64,000 nucleotides of DNA from the NCBI GenBank assembly GCA_963575745.1, contig CAUYUJ010000335.1:1-64000 (forward strand). The letters run 5' to 3'. Below the pieces are notes generated by a model. It was given only the letters and a program-made list of their open reading frames with translations. It did no database searches and was not told where the DNA came from. This document shows positions 1 to 12,620 of this stretch, one piece after another (positions within the stretch are counted from its first letter, which is position 1; each line of letters starts with the position of its first letter). The position numbers and the translations under genes were made by a program. The stretch comes from Prorocentrum cordatum (Eukaryota).

Positions 1-691
1 AGTCGAAAGGCACTTGCACGCTAGTATTCGCTTGAAGAGGGGCGAGGGGGGGGAGGGGGGCGAACGCCATGCAAGTAAACTTGGCTGAATCCAAAAAAAC
101 AGGCTCTGGTCGGTGGGCCTCCGGGCGTGTTCCGCGCCGGTGTTAGACCGGTGCTAGGACGCTGTGTGGGCCTTTTTATTAGCTCTGCGCTCTGCGCGCG
201 GAGCGGGAGGACGGGGGGACAGCAGGAACGGGAGAGCGGGAGCGAATACGGCAGTGAAGACGAGGAGTACTCCAGATTTCGTAATAAAGGGAGGGGGTCT
301 CAACCCTCCCAGACGAGAAGTTTTAGACCCCCCCCCCCCGTGGGAGAACCCAACACGACGTCCTAAACACCGGTCTGACACCGGCGCGGAACGCGCCCGG
401 AGGCCCAGCGACCAGTCGGCAGCGACGTCCAAAGAAGAGCAACCATGTCAGAACAAGAATGCAGGGAGGGCTGGACGCAAGGAGAAGGAACTGAGGACGT
501 GGCAGACAGCAGTGTTAAACCGCGCTGTTGGAATCTGAAGACGCTGCACGCGTGTTCCCAACACGCCACCACGAAACCAGTATGAGAGAAACGCCCAGGG
601 CATATTTAAGAACCAAGTTGTTGGGGCGGTGTGCCGAATTCGAGGGCTGCGGGGGACCCACTGGAACTCGTTTGATAAGGCCCTTTTTGGG

Positions 692-876
692 TATTCCAGA
701 TTTCGTAATAAAGGGAGGGGGGTCTCATTTCGGGGGGGGTCTCTTCCAGGGCATCTTGGAGGGCCTGGGGGGGGTCTGGGGACGATGTTTTGGAGGGTTC
801 TCCCACGGGGGGGGGCCTAAAACTTTTCGTCTGGGAGGGTTGAGACCCCCTCCCTTTTATTACGAAGTCTGGAGTA
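692..876. mobile_element. MITE family A (~180 bp, ~33-bp TIR, TA flanks); mirror copy 5050-5234
   Basis: TA-(C/T)TCCAGATTTCGTAATAAAGGGAGGGGGGTCTCA ... TGAGACCCCCTCCCTTTTATTACGAAGTCTGGAG-TA. TA target duplication is typical of Tc1/mariner-type elements. Confidence 0.8.
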
Positions 877-3800
877 GCCTTTGACAAGAAAGCGAGCAAC
901 GTTGAAATAATACAGATCCACAGCGGCGGGCTTGAAAAGGCCAAGAACACGGTAAGACACGCCAACATTATTAGGCGTGTTTTTGTATCGCTTTTAGCGC
1001 GTCACGAGCCCAAAGTGCAAAACGGTATCAAAGCGCCCAAGGCGCTTTTGAGAAGAATCAAGCCCAACAGAGGAGGCGTTGCGGCGTGTGGTAGGGGCAG
1101 GGATTACGCCCACCCTGGAGGGAAAGAAGGGGCTGTAATAGCTACAGCGCTAAATCACATGCGTCCAGAGGGTTGTGGGCACTTCAGAAGAACCACGGCT
1201 TATTACGAAGACGCCAGTGTCAAACAGGAGGCGCCCAGCTAAAACGAGATTTTTGCCTTTTCTCCGGAGATATAGTTGAGGATGGAAGCTTGAGTTTTGG
1301 GTTGGCTTGCCCTGGAGGTTTTCAGAGCAGCATTGGCAAGCAATCACGCCAGCGTTTTGGTTGGGCTCCCATTGCCATCCAACCTGAAGAGCAAAGCCCA
1401 TAAAGGGCTGGCAGAGGCCCTGGAAGTGGCAGCTGCGCTGCGCGCTATGGCACTGACAGGGTGCCCAGCTGGTATGGCAGTCCAGCACCAAGAGTATCGA
1501 CACCACGCAGTAGGATACTCCAGCAGGCACTTGGTAGGTCCGCCACTCGGGGGGCCACCCGCGTATGACGAATCGGACCTGTCGCCAAAACAAATCCCGA
1601 GACGCTAGCATCGGGATGTTATTGCGCGTCTGTCCAATATCATCCCTGCCCGTGTGCATGTATCTCGGAGATCTGAATTCAATGGCATCCCCATCCCGGG
1701 TCCAATTTCCGAGTATCCGAAGTTCATTTCGACAGTGCGTTAAGATGCAAGTACACGTTTCATGCCTTTGGTTTGGGGGGACACATTATGTTGTATATGT
1801 TTGTTGCCGGGGGTTGGCGGACGCGGGTGGCTCCATAGTTGCGAATAACAGTAGTCGTCACGATCAGGCCATGATAGATACGTTGTCGTGATCTCGATAT
1901 TACTGTCAAGTGCAGGCGCGGAGATCTAGCTCAGAGGTGTCTCATCAAGGAGGAGCGGGGCGAAATGAAAGATATTTGGTTGGCAGGGGGAGGTGGGCAG
2001 GGGTGGGCGTAAAATGCAAATGTCCTGTCGCCGTGTTCGATCTCCCATCAACCAGCTCATTATGTCGCCTACTTCGACTGCCCTGGCGTCGGTGTCGTAA
2101 GGTTTCGACGACAACGTAGTGGTGCGGGTTGAGTTCAAGGAATTTGCAGAATGTTCGAAGAATCAAGAGGGACATTGCCCTTGTGGGTTTTTCCAGGCAC
2201 CGAACGGATGCGGGTCCGACAGATGGCGCCCAGGAAGCGGGTCGTCAACGGAGGGGGCCACACCCTTGGCGAACAGAACCCCCAATGTCGGTCAGCAAAC
2301 GACCGACACGGAAAAAAGCTTACGCACGAGCTGGTATAGCGAACCTGGACATGCAGAATCCGTAGACACGACGGTTGCTGCCAAAACGTCGCTCGACAGC
2401 GAGATGGCTGTGGCCGCGTCGATAGAAGCGTCGCACAGCACGCGCGCTCCATCGAGGGCGGAAGAGGTGTACATGGTGCGTTCTTACGTCTTTTGATGGC
2501 GCTCCTGGTCGGAACCGTCAGAGAAGGGGGGCGCAGGGGCCACCGAGGGGACGCGGGTGAGGCGAACGAGGCGCTGGGGGAAGCAGACAGAAACGTTTTG
2601 CGAGTCGTATAGAACGAGCGCGACAGAGCCCACACATTGTTCGTTCACGATTTGTGGCCATTCGCGCAGAAACGAGCCCGAGGCAGGCGCTGGGGCGACC
2701 GCCGGCGCAGCAACAGCCAGCAACTTCAACGGGCCAGTGCAGGATGGTGCCGCAGTGGGTGCAGTCCCAGAGGCGGATGCAACGCAAGGGATGTTTTTTG
2801 CAGCGCGCGTCAACCCAGCGTCGAATGATCCCCGACGAGCACGGGAAGAAGCGGTGGCAACGGCTGCGAAGCTGTTGCGGGAGATCCTACGTGCCCGCGG
2901 ATCCGGAGGACCCTAATATACCGGTGGGGGGCAAAGCTTTGTCGAGAAGGCGCGGTTGAAGTTCAACCGCGCCGTTCTCGACCAAAGCTGCCCCCCACGG
3001 TATATTAGGGTCCTCCGGATCCGCGGGCACAGTAGGGATCTCCCGCAACAGCTTCGCAACCGTTGCCACCGCTTCTTCCCGTGCTCGTCGGGGATCATTC
3101 GACGCTGGGTTGACGCGCGCTGCAACACAAAAACATATCTTGCGTTGTATCCGCCTCTGGGACTGCACCCACTGCGGCACCATCCTGCACTGGCTTGTTG
3201 AGGTTGCTGGCTGTTGCTGCGCCGGCGGTCGTTTCAGCGCCTGCCCCGGGCTCGTTTCTGCACGAATGGCCACAAATCATGGACGAACTATGTGTGGGCT
3301 CTGTCGCGCTCGTTCTATACGACTCGCAAAAAGTTTTTTCTGCTTCCCCCAGCGCCTCGTTCGCCTCACCCGCGTCCTCTCGGTGGCCCATGCGCCCCCC
3401 TTCTGCTGACGGTTCCCGACAGGAGCGCCATGCAAAGACGGAGACGCACCATGTACACCATCTTCCGCCCTCGATGGCGCGCGCGTTGATGTCGACTCTC
3501 TATCGACGCGGCCCACAGCCATCTCGCTGTCGAGCGACGTTTTGGCAGCACCGTCGTGGTCTACGGATTCTGCATGTCCACGGTTCGCTATACCCAGCTC
3601 GTGCGTAGCTTTTTCCGTGTCGGTCGTTGCTGACGACATTGGGGGTCTGTCGCCCAACGACAGCGGCCCCTCCGTTGACGACGCCGCTTCCTGGGCGCCA
3701 TCTGTCGGACCCGCATCCGTTCGGTGCCTGGAAAACACCACAAGGGCAATGTCTCTTTGATTCTTCGAACATTCTGCAAATTCCTTGAACTCAACCCGCA

Positions 3801-5510
3801 CCACTACGTTGTCGTCGAACCTTACGACACCGACGCCAGGGCAGTCGAAGTAGGCGACATAATGAGCTGGTTGATGGGAGATCGAACACGGCGACAGGAC
3901 ATTTGCATTTTACGCCCACCCCTGCCCACCTCCCCCTGCCAACCAAATATCTTTCATTTCGCCCCGCTCCTCCTTGATGAGACACCTCTGAGCTAGATCT
4001 CCGCGCCTGCACTTGACAGTAATATCGAGATCACGACAACGTATCTATCATGGCCTGATCGTGACGACTACTGTTATTCGCAACTATGGAGCCACCCGCG
4101 TCCGCCAACCCCCGGCAACAAACATATACAACATAATGTGTCCCCCCAAACCAAAGGCATGAAACGTGTACTTGCATCTTAACGCACTGTCGAAATGAAC
4201 TTCGGATACTCGGAAATTGGACCCGGGATGGGGATGCCATTGAATTCAGATCTCCGAGATACATGCACACGGGCAGGGATGATATTGGACAGACGCGCAA
4301 TAACATCCCGATGCTAGCGTCTCGGGATTTGTTTTGGCGACAGGTCCGATTCGTCATACGCGGGTGGCCCCCCGAGTGGCGGACCTACCAAGTGCCTGCT
4401 GGAGTATCCTACTGCGTGGTGTCGATACTCTTGGTGCTGGACTGCCATACCAGCTGGGCACCCTGTCAGTGCCATAGCGCGCAGCGCAGCTGCCACTTCC
4501 AGGGCCTCTGCCAGCCCTTTATGGGCTTTGCTCTTCAGGTTGGATGGCAATGGGAGCCCAACCAAAACGCTGGCGTGATTGCTTGCCAATGCTGCTCTGA
4601 AAAACCTCCTGGGCAAGCCCCCAACCCAAAACTCAAGATCCATCTCAACTAATTCCGAGGGGAAAAGGCAAAATCTCGTTTAGCTGGGCGCCTTCCGGTT
4701 TGACACTGGCGTCTCGTAGTAATAAGCCGTGGTTCTTCTGAAGTGCCCACAACCCTCTGGGAGCCCAATGTGATCCCCCAGCCAGCTATTACAGCCCCTT
4801 CTTTTCCCTCCAGGGTGGGCCGTAATCCCTGCCCTAACACACGCCGCAACACGCCTTCTGTTGGGCTTGATTCTTCTCAAAAGCGCCTTGGGCGCTTTGA
4901 TACCGTTTTGCACGTTGGGCTCGTGACGCTAAAAGCGATACAAAAACACGCCTAATAATGTTGGCGTGTCTTACCGTGTTCTTGGCCTTTTCAAGCCCGC
5001 CGCTGTGGATCTGTATTATTTCAACGTTGCTCGCTTTCTTGTCAAAGGCTACTCCAGACTTCGTAATAAAAGGGAGGGGGTCTCAACCCTCCCAGACGAA
5101 AAGTTTTAGGCCCCCCCCCGTGGGAGAACCCTCCAAAACATCGTCCCCAGACCCCCCCCAGGCCCTCCAAGATGCCCTGGAAGAGACCCCCCCCGAAATG
5201 AGACCCCCCTCCCTTTATTACGAAATCTGGAATACCCAAAAAGGGCCTTATCAAACGAGTTCCAGTGGGTCCCCCGCAGCCCTCGAATTCGGCACACCGC
5301 CCCAACAACTTGGTTCTTAAATATGCCCTGGGCGTTTCTCTCATACTGGTTTCGTGGTGGCGTGTTGGGAACACGCGTGCAGCGTCTTCAGATTCCAACA
5401 GCGCGGTTTAACACTGCTGTCTGCCACGTCCTCAGTTCCTTCTCCTTGCGTCCAGCCCTCCCTGCATTCTTGTTCTGACATGGTTGCTCTTCTTTGGACG
5501 TCGCTGCCGA

Positions 5511-5820
5511 CTGGTCGCTGGGCCTCCGGGCGCGTTCCGCGCCGGTGTCAGACCGGTGTTTAGGACGTCGTGTTGGGTTCTCCCACGGGGGGGGGGGGTC
5601 TAAAACTTCTCGTCTGGGAGGGTTGAGACCCCCTCCCTTTATTACGAAATCTGGAGTACTCCTCGTCTTCACTGCCGTATTCGCTCCCGCTCTCCCGTTC
5701 CTGCTGTCCCCCCGTCCTCCCGCTCCGCGCGCAGAGCGCAGAGCTAATAAAAAGGCCCACACAGCGTCCTAGCACCGGTCTAACACCGGCGCGGAACACG
5801 CCCGGAGGCCCACCGACCAG
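5511..5820. repeat. Fold-back element with ~60-bp IRs enclosing a half copy of MITE A (also ~106-415, ~10387-10696, ~15255-15564)
   Basis: ctggtcgctgggcctccgggcgcgttccgcgccggtgtcagaccggtg ... caccggtctaacaccggcgcggaacacgcccggaggcccaccgaccag. Confidence 0.75.
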
Positions 5821-6025
5821 AGCCTGTTTTTTTGGATTCAGCCAAGTTTACTTGCATGGCGTTCGCCCCCCTCCCCCCCCTCGCCCCTCTTCAAGCGAAT
5901 ACTAGCGTGCAAGTGCCTTTCGACTTGCGTGATTTCCGCGCCCCCCACCCCCCAGGCTTGCTTCAGGCTCAGCCCCCCCCCCCCGTCCATGCAAGCAAAC
6001 TTGCCAGAGTCTAAAAAAACAGGCT
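5821..6025. repeat. Fold-back element with ~39-bp imperfect IRs (repeated in each unit)
   Basis: agcctgtttttttggattcagccaagtttacttgcatgg ... ccatgcaagcaaacttgccagagtctaaaaaaacaggct. Confidence 0.7.
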
Positions 6026-6331
6026 CCCAGTCAGCAGCGAAAAACAGGCTCCCAGTCAGCAGCGACGTCCAAAGAAGAGCAACCATATCAGAACAAGAAT
6101 GCAGGGAGGACTGGACGCAAGGAGAAGGAACTGAGGACGTGGTAGACAGCAATGCTAAACCGCGCGGTTGGAATCTGAAGACGCTGCACGCGTGTTCCCA
6201 ACACGCCACCACGAAACCAGTATGAGAGAAACGCCCAGGGCATATTTAAGAACCAAGTTGTTGGGGCGGTGCGCCGAATTCGAGGGCTGCGGGGGACCCA
6301 CTGGAACTCGTTTGATAAGGTCCTTTTTGGG

Positions 6332-6511
6332 TACTCCAGATTTCGTAATAAAGGGAGGGGGGTCTCATTTCGGGGGGGGTCTCTTCCAGGGCATCTTGGA
6401 GGGCCTGGGGGGGTCTGGGGACGATGTTTTGGAGGGTTCTCCCACGGGGGGGGCCTAAAACTTCTCGTCTGGGAGGGTTGAGACCCCTCCTTTTTAACGA
6501 AATCTGGAGTA
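6332..6511. mobile_element. MITE family A copy
   Basis: Same TIRs and TA flanks. Confidence 0.8.
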
Positions 6512-6792
6512 GCGTTTGACATGAAAGCGAGCAACGTTGAAAAGAATACAGATCCACAGCGGCGGGCGAAAAAGCCAAGACACGTTAAGAAACGCCAAAC
6601 ACTAGTAGGCGTGTGTTGGTATCGCTTTAGCGCGTACGAGCCCAAAGTACTCTTGTGGCCCTGATGGGGCTCTGTAGTGGGCCATGTAACTGGGTGCCCC
6701 TCTCGCAGCTCTACGGGAGACGGTCTGGCGGCCCGATGAGGGCTCTGTGGGAGCCTTGCGGCCAGAGCGGCGCCAAGCCACAGTGGTTCTGC

Positions 6793-6986
6793 TACTCAGA
6801 TTTCGTAGTAAAAGGGAGGGGGTCTGGACCCTCCAAGACAAGCCATTTCAGACCCCCCTCCGTGGGAGAACCCTCCAAGACATCGTCCCCAGACCCCCCC
6901 AGGCCCTCCAAGATAGCCTGGGAGAGACCCCCCCCCCGGGGGGGACCCGAAATGAGACCCCCTCCCTTATTACGAATCTGTGAGTA
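6793..6986. mobile_element. MITE family A copy (opposite orientation, variant interior)
   Basis: TA-ctcagatttcgtagtaaaagggagg ... cctcccttattacgaatctgtgag-TA. Confidence 0.75.
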
Positions 6987-7749
6987 GGCTTTCGCGATTT
7001 TGTTGAACGGTGGCTGGCGGTGCGCTTTGGGGTTTCCTCACGGGGGATCTGTGCCAAACAGCTACCTCGGCAATAACCATCGGCGTGTATGCCCACGTCT
7101 TGGGCCTCCGCAAGGTCAAGGACAAGGCGAGGTCGGCTCCAAAATAGCCACTCAAGGTGGGACGCGATGGTCCCACTGGGCTCGGATCTCCCCTCCAAAG
7201 GCCGATTTCCTCGAAACATTAAAACAGATTCAAAAAGAGCGAACATGGTCAACAATACTAGAACACATCTTCCCAATTATGTTTGACCATTTTTGGATGG
7301 CTCTGTAGAGGGACGTGCCCGAACCAACATGAGCATCCAAAAGGCCTCCAGATCTACTCGAACTCCTTTTGGAGGCCCAGTGTTAAGTCGGGCACGTCCC
7401 TCTACAGGAGGAGTATTCAGAAATAGTAAAAAATAGTCGGGGAAGATGTTTCTAATAGTTGTTTGATCAGTTTTGCTTATTTTGAACATTTCACATGTTT
7501 CGTTGAACATCGGCTGTAGGGGGACATGCCCGACCTAAGCTCCATGACCACCTCGGGCCAAGGTGGAAGGGCTCCCCAGGCTGGCTTCGAGAGGCCACCA
7601 GCTTCGAAGCACGGACGGTCTTACTGATTTTTTCCTCGATTGCAAAAGCGTCCTGCGATGGACAGTTCCTGATATCGAAGTCAGTCAGCCTCGCTGCTCA
7701 TAAACTACTGCGCAACTGAAACAACAAGAACACCTGCTGGAAAACAAGC

Positions 7750-9496
7750 TTAAGCGTATGTTGCCTCTGCAGTCGAGACCGGTCGGTAGCCACTGCCAGT
7801 CCGAAGCGTTTGCAGATCCTGTAGATTCACAAGTTCCACGCACCCAGCCTCTGGCGTGCTCGCGTTGCTGTGGTCGTCCTCGCCTAGAAGACCTCCGACA
7901 GCAAACCCAGCTCGGCCTAAATGCTTGACGTACACGTTCAAGTACGACGTGCCGCCGTCCGTATGCCCGCGAACGACCTTCAGCTCTATCTTACCAAAAA
8001 TAACCCACTTAGGAACCTCAACCTCGCTCTGCGATGCGCTGTAATGAAAACCTCCGACTTGTTCTGCCTCTGCCCAAGATCCGGTCACGTTCAAATCTTG
8101 GAAATATAGATCCGTGCACTGTTTACCCAATCGGCGTGCATCGGCCTGCACGCGAAGCAATGCTTTTTCAGCGCGCTCTCCACGAGGGATGTTGATAAGA
8201 ACATGGTTGCCTGGCGCCATCAAATCAAAACGCTCGCCGTATACATTCTTCATATGGGGATCGCCAACGGCCGAACTCGTCGCCACCGTCCCTGGGAAAG
8301 ACGAGGACGGACTGGAGGTCGGGCTGCTCGTCGGACTTGACGTCGGGCCCGGGGACGCGGTTGGACTAGAGGTCGGGCTGCTCGTCGGGCTCTCGTCGGG
8401 GCCCGCAGTCGCGAAGGCGTCGGACTGGACGTGGGGGACGAGGTTTCGGACTGGGAGGTCGGGTGCTCGGAGGAACTGGCGTCGGGGACGCGAGGTCGGA
8501 CTGGAGGTAGGGCTGCTCTCGGACTGCTCGTCGGGGCCGCAGTCGGCGAAGGCGTCGGACTGGACGTCGGGGACGAGGTCGGACTGGAGGTCGGGCTGCT
8601 CGTCGGACTGGACGTTGGGGACGCGGTCGGACTGGAGGTCGGGCTGCTCGTCGGACTGCTCGTCGGGGCCGCAGTCGGCGAAGGCGTCGGACTGGACGTC
8701 GGGGACGAGGTCGGACTGGAGGTCGGGCTGCTCGTCGGACTAGACGTCGGGGACGCGGTCGGACTGGAGGTCGGGCTGCTCGTCGGACTGGACGTCGGGG
8801 ACGCGGTCGGACTGGAGGTCGGGCTGCTTGTCGGGCTGCTCGTCGGACTGGGCGTCGGGGACGAGGTCGGGCTGCTCGTCGGGGCCGTCGTGGGTGCTGC
8901 AGTAGGACACTGGAACACCAGCGACGGTCTGGTGCTCTCGTCGAGGGCTTCGCGAGACCAAGAACTACTGCCCCCCCCGCCCACATCCATTCTGCAACCA
9001 ACGCAAACGAGATGGTGTTCTTACCGGCGAGTTTCGCCTGTGGAACGGTGCATGCGAACGCCTGCCCGACTGGGCCTGGGTATGCCTGATAATCGCAAAC
9101 CTGCTCCTGCCAGCCAGGGTGGTTGGACCAAATAGTGGTGCTTTCCGACCACGCGTTCTGCACCGTGAAGACGGCCACCTTTGGAAAGGTACCAGCAGCA
9201 TAGTCAGTCGGCCACAGCAGGAGCGTTGCATCCTGAGCATCGCAAGGAACGCTGAATTGCAGGAACGAGTATCGAGTGCCGCACCAGCCGTCGGAGTAGC
9301 GCTTGTTGACCAAAACCTGCTGGGTACCATAATTCGTTGACTGGCAGGACTGAACATAGGTATCCGCGAGTGGCCGCTCGACGGTTGTAGCCTGAGTCGG
9401 GCTTGCAGCCATCTGCATCAGGCAGGAGTCGAAGTCCTTTCCGTTTGCCCCTGAGACTGCCAAAAACGCGGTGGCGAGTTTCACTAGCATGCTCAT
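7750..9496 (-). pseudogene. Copy 1 of the CBM96-like/PT/GDPH gene, frameshifted (pseudogene or sequencing indels)
   Basis: The protein is split over ORFs 8366..9631, 8250..8990 and 7750..8286. Indels fall in a C-run at ~8971-8980 and in the repeat at ~8340-8520. Confidence 0.8.
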
Positions 9497-9596
9497 CAAC
9501 CCGATCCGAACTTGTACGAAATGAGGTCTGAAGGTATCAAGCTGTGTGTATAGTTTTCGGCATTTGCCTTGGACCGCAAACTTGATCCGAAAATGC

Positions 9597-9618
9597 CTTG
9601 AGCCAAAGTGGCTGCGGA
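9597..9618 (-). other. Genomic DinoSL relic, unit 1
   Basis: Same 22-mer upstream of gene copy 1. Confidence 0.92.
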
Positions 9619-9940
9619 CAGAAGATCTCACTGATTTGGGTTGTGTCGTTTTCCCGCTTTCGATGGGTCCTTACGGCCGCAAGATCGCCCCAGAGTGAAG
9701 TCGGGCATGTCCCCATACAGGCGGATCTTGGGCGACACATTAAACATTCTCAAAAAATACTCCCAACATGTTTCAAACAGTACTGTGTTAAAACATGTCC
9801 CCTGACTTGTTTGACTATCATTGAACAGCCCCCCTGTAAGGGACAGTCCCCGACTCTAATCCAAGGAAGGTACCAAAAGGGCCAGAACGGAAGAGGGGTG
9901 GGTGACCGCGCGTTCTATCTGACGGTGCAGGTCCTCCGCA

Positions 9941-10141
9941 TAGTCGGGTCGGGCGAAAGGGGGGGATAGCAAAGGGGGGGGGGGAGAATCAGCTCGCGTA
10001 GCTGAATTTCCTGGCCGCTCCCGCGCCGGGAGGCGCCCATGTATCGAGGAATGGGCCCCTCGGTGGGGCCGAAACCAGCTGCACGCAGCAAATTTCGTAA
10101 CCCCCCCTTTCCCAATCCCCCCCTTTCGCCCGGCCCGAATA
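9941..10141. mobile_element. MITE family B (~200 bp, ~40-bp imperfect TIR, TA flanks); copies ~14805-15009 and 19649-19851
   Basis: TA-GTCGGGTCGGGCGAAAGGGGGGGATAGCAAAGGGGGGG ... CCCCCCCTTTCCCAATCCCCCCCTTTCGCCCGGCCCGAA-TA. Confidence 0.65.
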
Positions 10142-11205
10142 GGGTGCGGACCGAGGTTTCGAAAGGGGTTGGAGCGTCCAAGACAGACCCAAAGGGCTCC
10201 GAGGCGGGTCCGGGGCAGGATGCCCTCCAACATCCGCCGACCCTTCGGCTTGCGCGACACGCTTTTCAGCCTGCGCCGTCGTCGTCGTCGTCGCCAGTTC
10301 CCTCTTGTTCAATAGCACAAACAAGCGGCGCGCGTCGCATACGGTTCACCTGCGCATCGCTCTGCTTCGCATACGGTCGCTGCCGACTGGTCGCTGGGCC
10401 TCCGGGCGCGTTCCGCGCCGGTGTCAGACCGGTGTTTAGGACGTCGTGTTGGGTTCTCCCACGGGGGGGGGGGGTCTAAAACTTCTCGTCTGGGAGGGTT
10501 GAGACCCCCTCCCTTTATTACGAAATCTGGAGTACTCCTCGTCTTCACTGCCGTATTCGCTCCCGCTCTCCCGTTCCTGCTGTCCCCCCGTCCTCCCGCT
10601 CCGCGCGCAGAGCGCAGAGCTAATAAAAAGGCCCACACAGCGTCCTAGCACCGGTCTAACACCGGCGCGGAACACGCCCGGAGGCCCACCGACCAGAGCC
10701 TGTTTTTTTGGATTCAGCCAAGTTTACTTGCATGGCGTTCGCCCCCCGCCCCCCCCGCGCCCCTTTCAAAGCGAATCAATAGCGATGCAAGTGCCTTTCG
10801 ACTTGCGTGATTTCCGCGCCCCCACCCCCCCCCAGGTTGCTTCAGGCCAGCCCCCCCCGTCCATGCAAGTAAACTTGCCAGAGTCTAGAAAAACAGGCTC
10901 CCAGTCAGCAGCGAAAAACAGGCTCCCAGTCAGCAGCGACGTCCAAAGAAGAGCAACCATATCAGAACAAGAATGCAGGGAGGACTGGAAGCAAGGAGAA
11001 GGAACTGAGGACGTGGTAGACAGCAATGCTAAACCGCGCGGTTGGAATCTGAAGACGCTGCACGCGTGTTCCCAACACGCCACCACGAAACCAGTATGAG
11101 AGAAACGCCCAGGGCATATTTAAGAACCAAGTTGTTGGGGCGGTGCGCCGAATTCGAGGGCTGCGGGGGACCCACTGGAACTCGTTTGATAAGGCCTTTT
11201 TTGGG

Positions 11206-11388
11206 TACTCCAGATTTCGTAATAAAGGGAGGGGGGTCTCATTTCGGGGGGGGTCTCTTCCAGGGCATCTTGGAGGGCCTGGGGGGGTCTGGGGACGATG
11301 TTTTGGAGGGTTCTCCCACGGGGGGGGCCTAAAACTTCTCGTCTGGGAGGGTTGAGACCCCCTCCCTTTTATTACGAAATCTGGAGTA
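11206..11388. mobile_element. MITE family A copy
   Basis: Same TIRs and TA flanks. Confidence 0.8.
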
Positions 11389-11668
11389 GCCTTTGACAAG
11401 AAAGCGAGCAACGTTGAAAGAATACAGATCCACAGCGGCGGGCTTGAAAAAGCCAAGAACACGGTAAGACACGCCAACACTATTAGGCGTGTTGTTGTAT
11501 CGCTTTTAGCGCGTCACGAGCCCAAAGTACTCTTGTGGCCTTGCTGGGGCTCTGTCGGGGCCCCCTCTGGGGCCCTCTCGCCGCTCTCCGGGAGCCGGTC
11601 TGGAGCCCGATGAGCGCTCCTGTGGGCAGCCTTGCGGCCAGCGCGGCGCCAAGCACAGGTGGTTCTGC

Positions 11669-11854
11669 TACTCCAGATTTCGTAGTAAAAGGGAGGGGGT
11701 CTGGACCCTGCAAGACAAGCCATTTCAGACCCCCCCCCGTGAGAGAACCCTCCAAAACATCGTCCCCAGACCCCCCAGGCCCTCCAAGATAGCCTGGGAG
11801 AGACCCCCCCCCCAGAAATGAGACCCCCCTCCCTTTATTACGAAATCTGGAGTA
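11669..11854. mobile_element. MITE family A copy (opposite orientation)
   Basis: Same TIRs and TA flanks. Confidence 0.8.
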
Positions 11855-12620
11855 GGCTTTCGCGATTTGTTGAACGGTGCTGGGGGCGCTTTGGGGGTCC
11901 TCACGGGGGCATCTGTGCCAAACCGCTCCTCGGCAATAACATCGGCGTGTATGCCCCCCTTCTTGGCCTCGGCAGGTCAAGACAAGGCGAGGCGGTCTCC
12001 AAAATAGCCACCAAGGTGGGACGCGATGGTCCCACTGGGCTCGGGCATCTCCCTCCACAGGCAGATTTTCCTCGAAACATTAAAACATATTCAAAAAGAG
12101 CGAACACTGGTCAACAAATACTAGGAACATCTTCCCCATATTATGTTTTGACCATTTTTGGATGGTCCTCCTGTAAAGGGACGTGCCCGACCCAACACTG
12201 CGCATCCAAAAGGCCTCCAGATCTACTCGAACTCCTTTTGGAGGCCCAGTGTTAAGTCGGGCACGTCCCTCTACAGGAGGAGTATTCAGAAATAGTAAAA
12301 AATAGTCAGGGGGAGATGTTTCTAATATTTGTTTGATCAGTTTGGGTTATTTTGAATATTTCACATGTGTCGTTGAACATCGGCTGTAGGGGGACATGCC
12401 CGACCTAAGCTCCATGACCACCTCGGGCTAAGGTGGAAGGGCTCCCCAGGCTGGCTTGGAGAGGCCACCAGCTTCGAAGCACGGAAGGTCTTACTGATTT
12501 TTTCCTCGATTGCAAAAGTGTCCTGCGATGAACAGTTCCTGATATCGAAGTCAGTCAGCCTCGCTGTTCATAAACTACTGCGCAACTGAAACAACAAGAA
12601 CACTGACTGGAAAACAAAGC

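Larger units (their letters stand above)
1..5925. repeat. Giant inverted repeat (palindrome), ~2.96-kb arms, 1-nt loop at 2961
   Basis: Position 1 onward (agtcgaaaggcacttgcacgctag) is the reverse complement of ...ctagcgtgcaagtgcctttcgact ending at 5925. The centre reads cgcggttgaa-g-ttcaaccgcg. ORFs are mirrored (e.g. 1565..1891+ = 4031..4357-). The left arm runs off the window edge. Confidence 0.97.

Noticed and set aside
127..1010. Short ORFs repeated in every spacer (MESEDAAR..., MFRAGVRP...)
   Set aside because: They overlap MITE and fold-back repeats, use non-ATG starts, and change frame between copies.
1016..2961. Transposase or RT in the unique part of the palindrome arm
   Set aside because: No DDE, YADD or other recognisable motif was found in any frame.
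2900..3020. Telomere or protelomerase hairpin end
   Set aside because: There are no TTTAGGG repeats and no resolvase gene, and the fold interrupts coding-like sequence; kept only as an unresolved palindrome.
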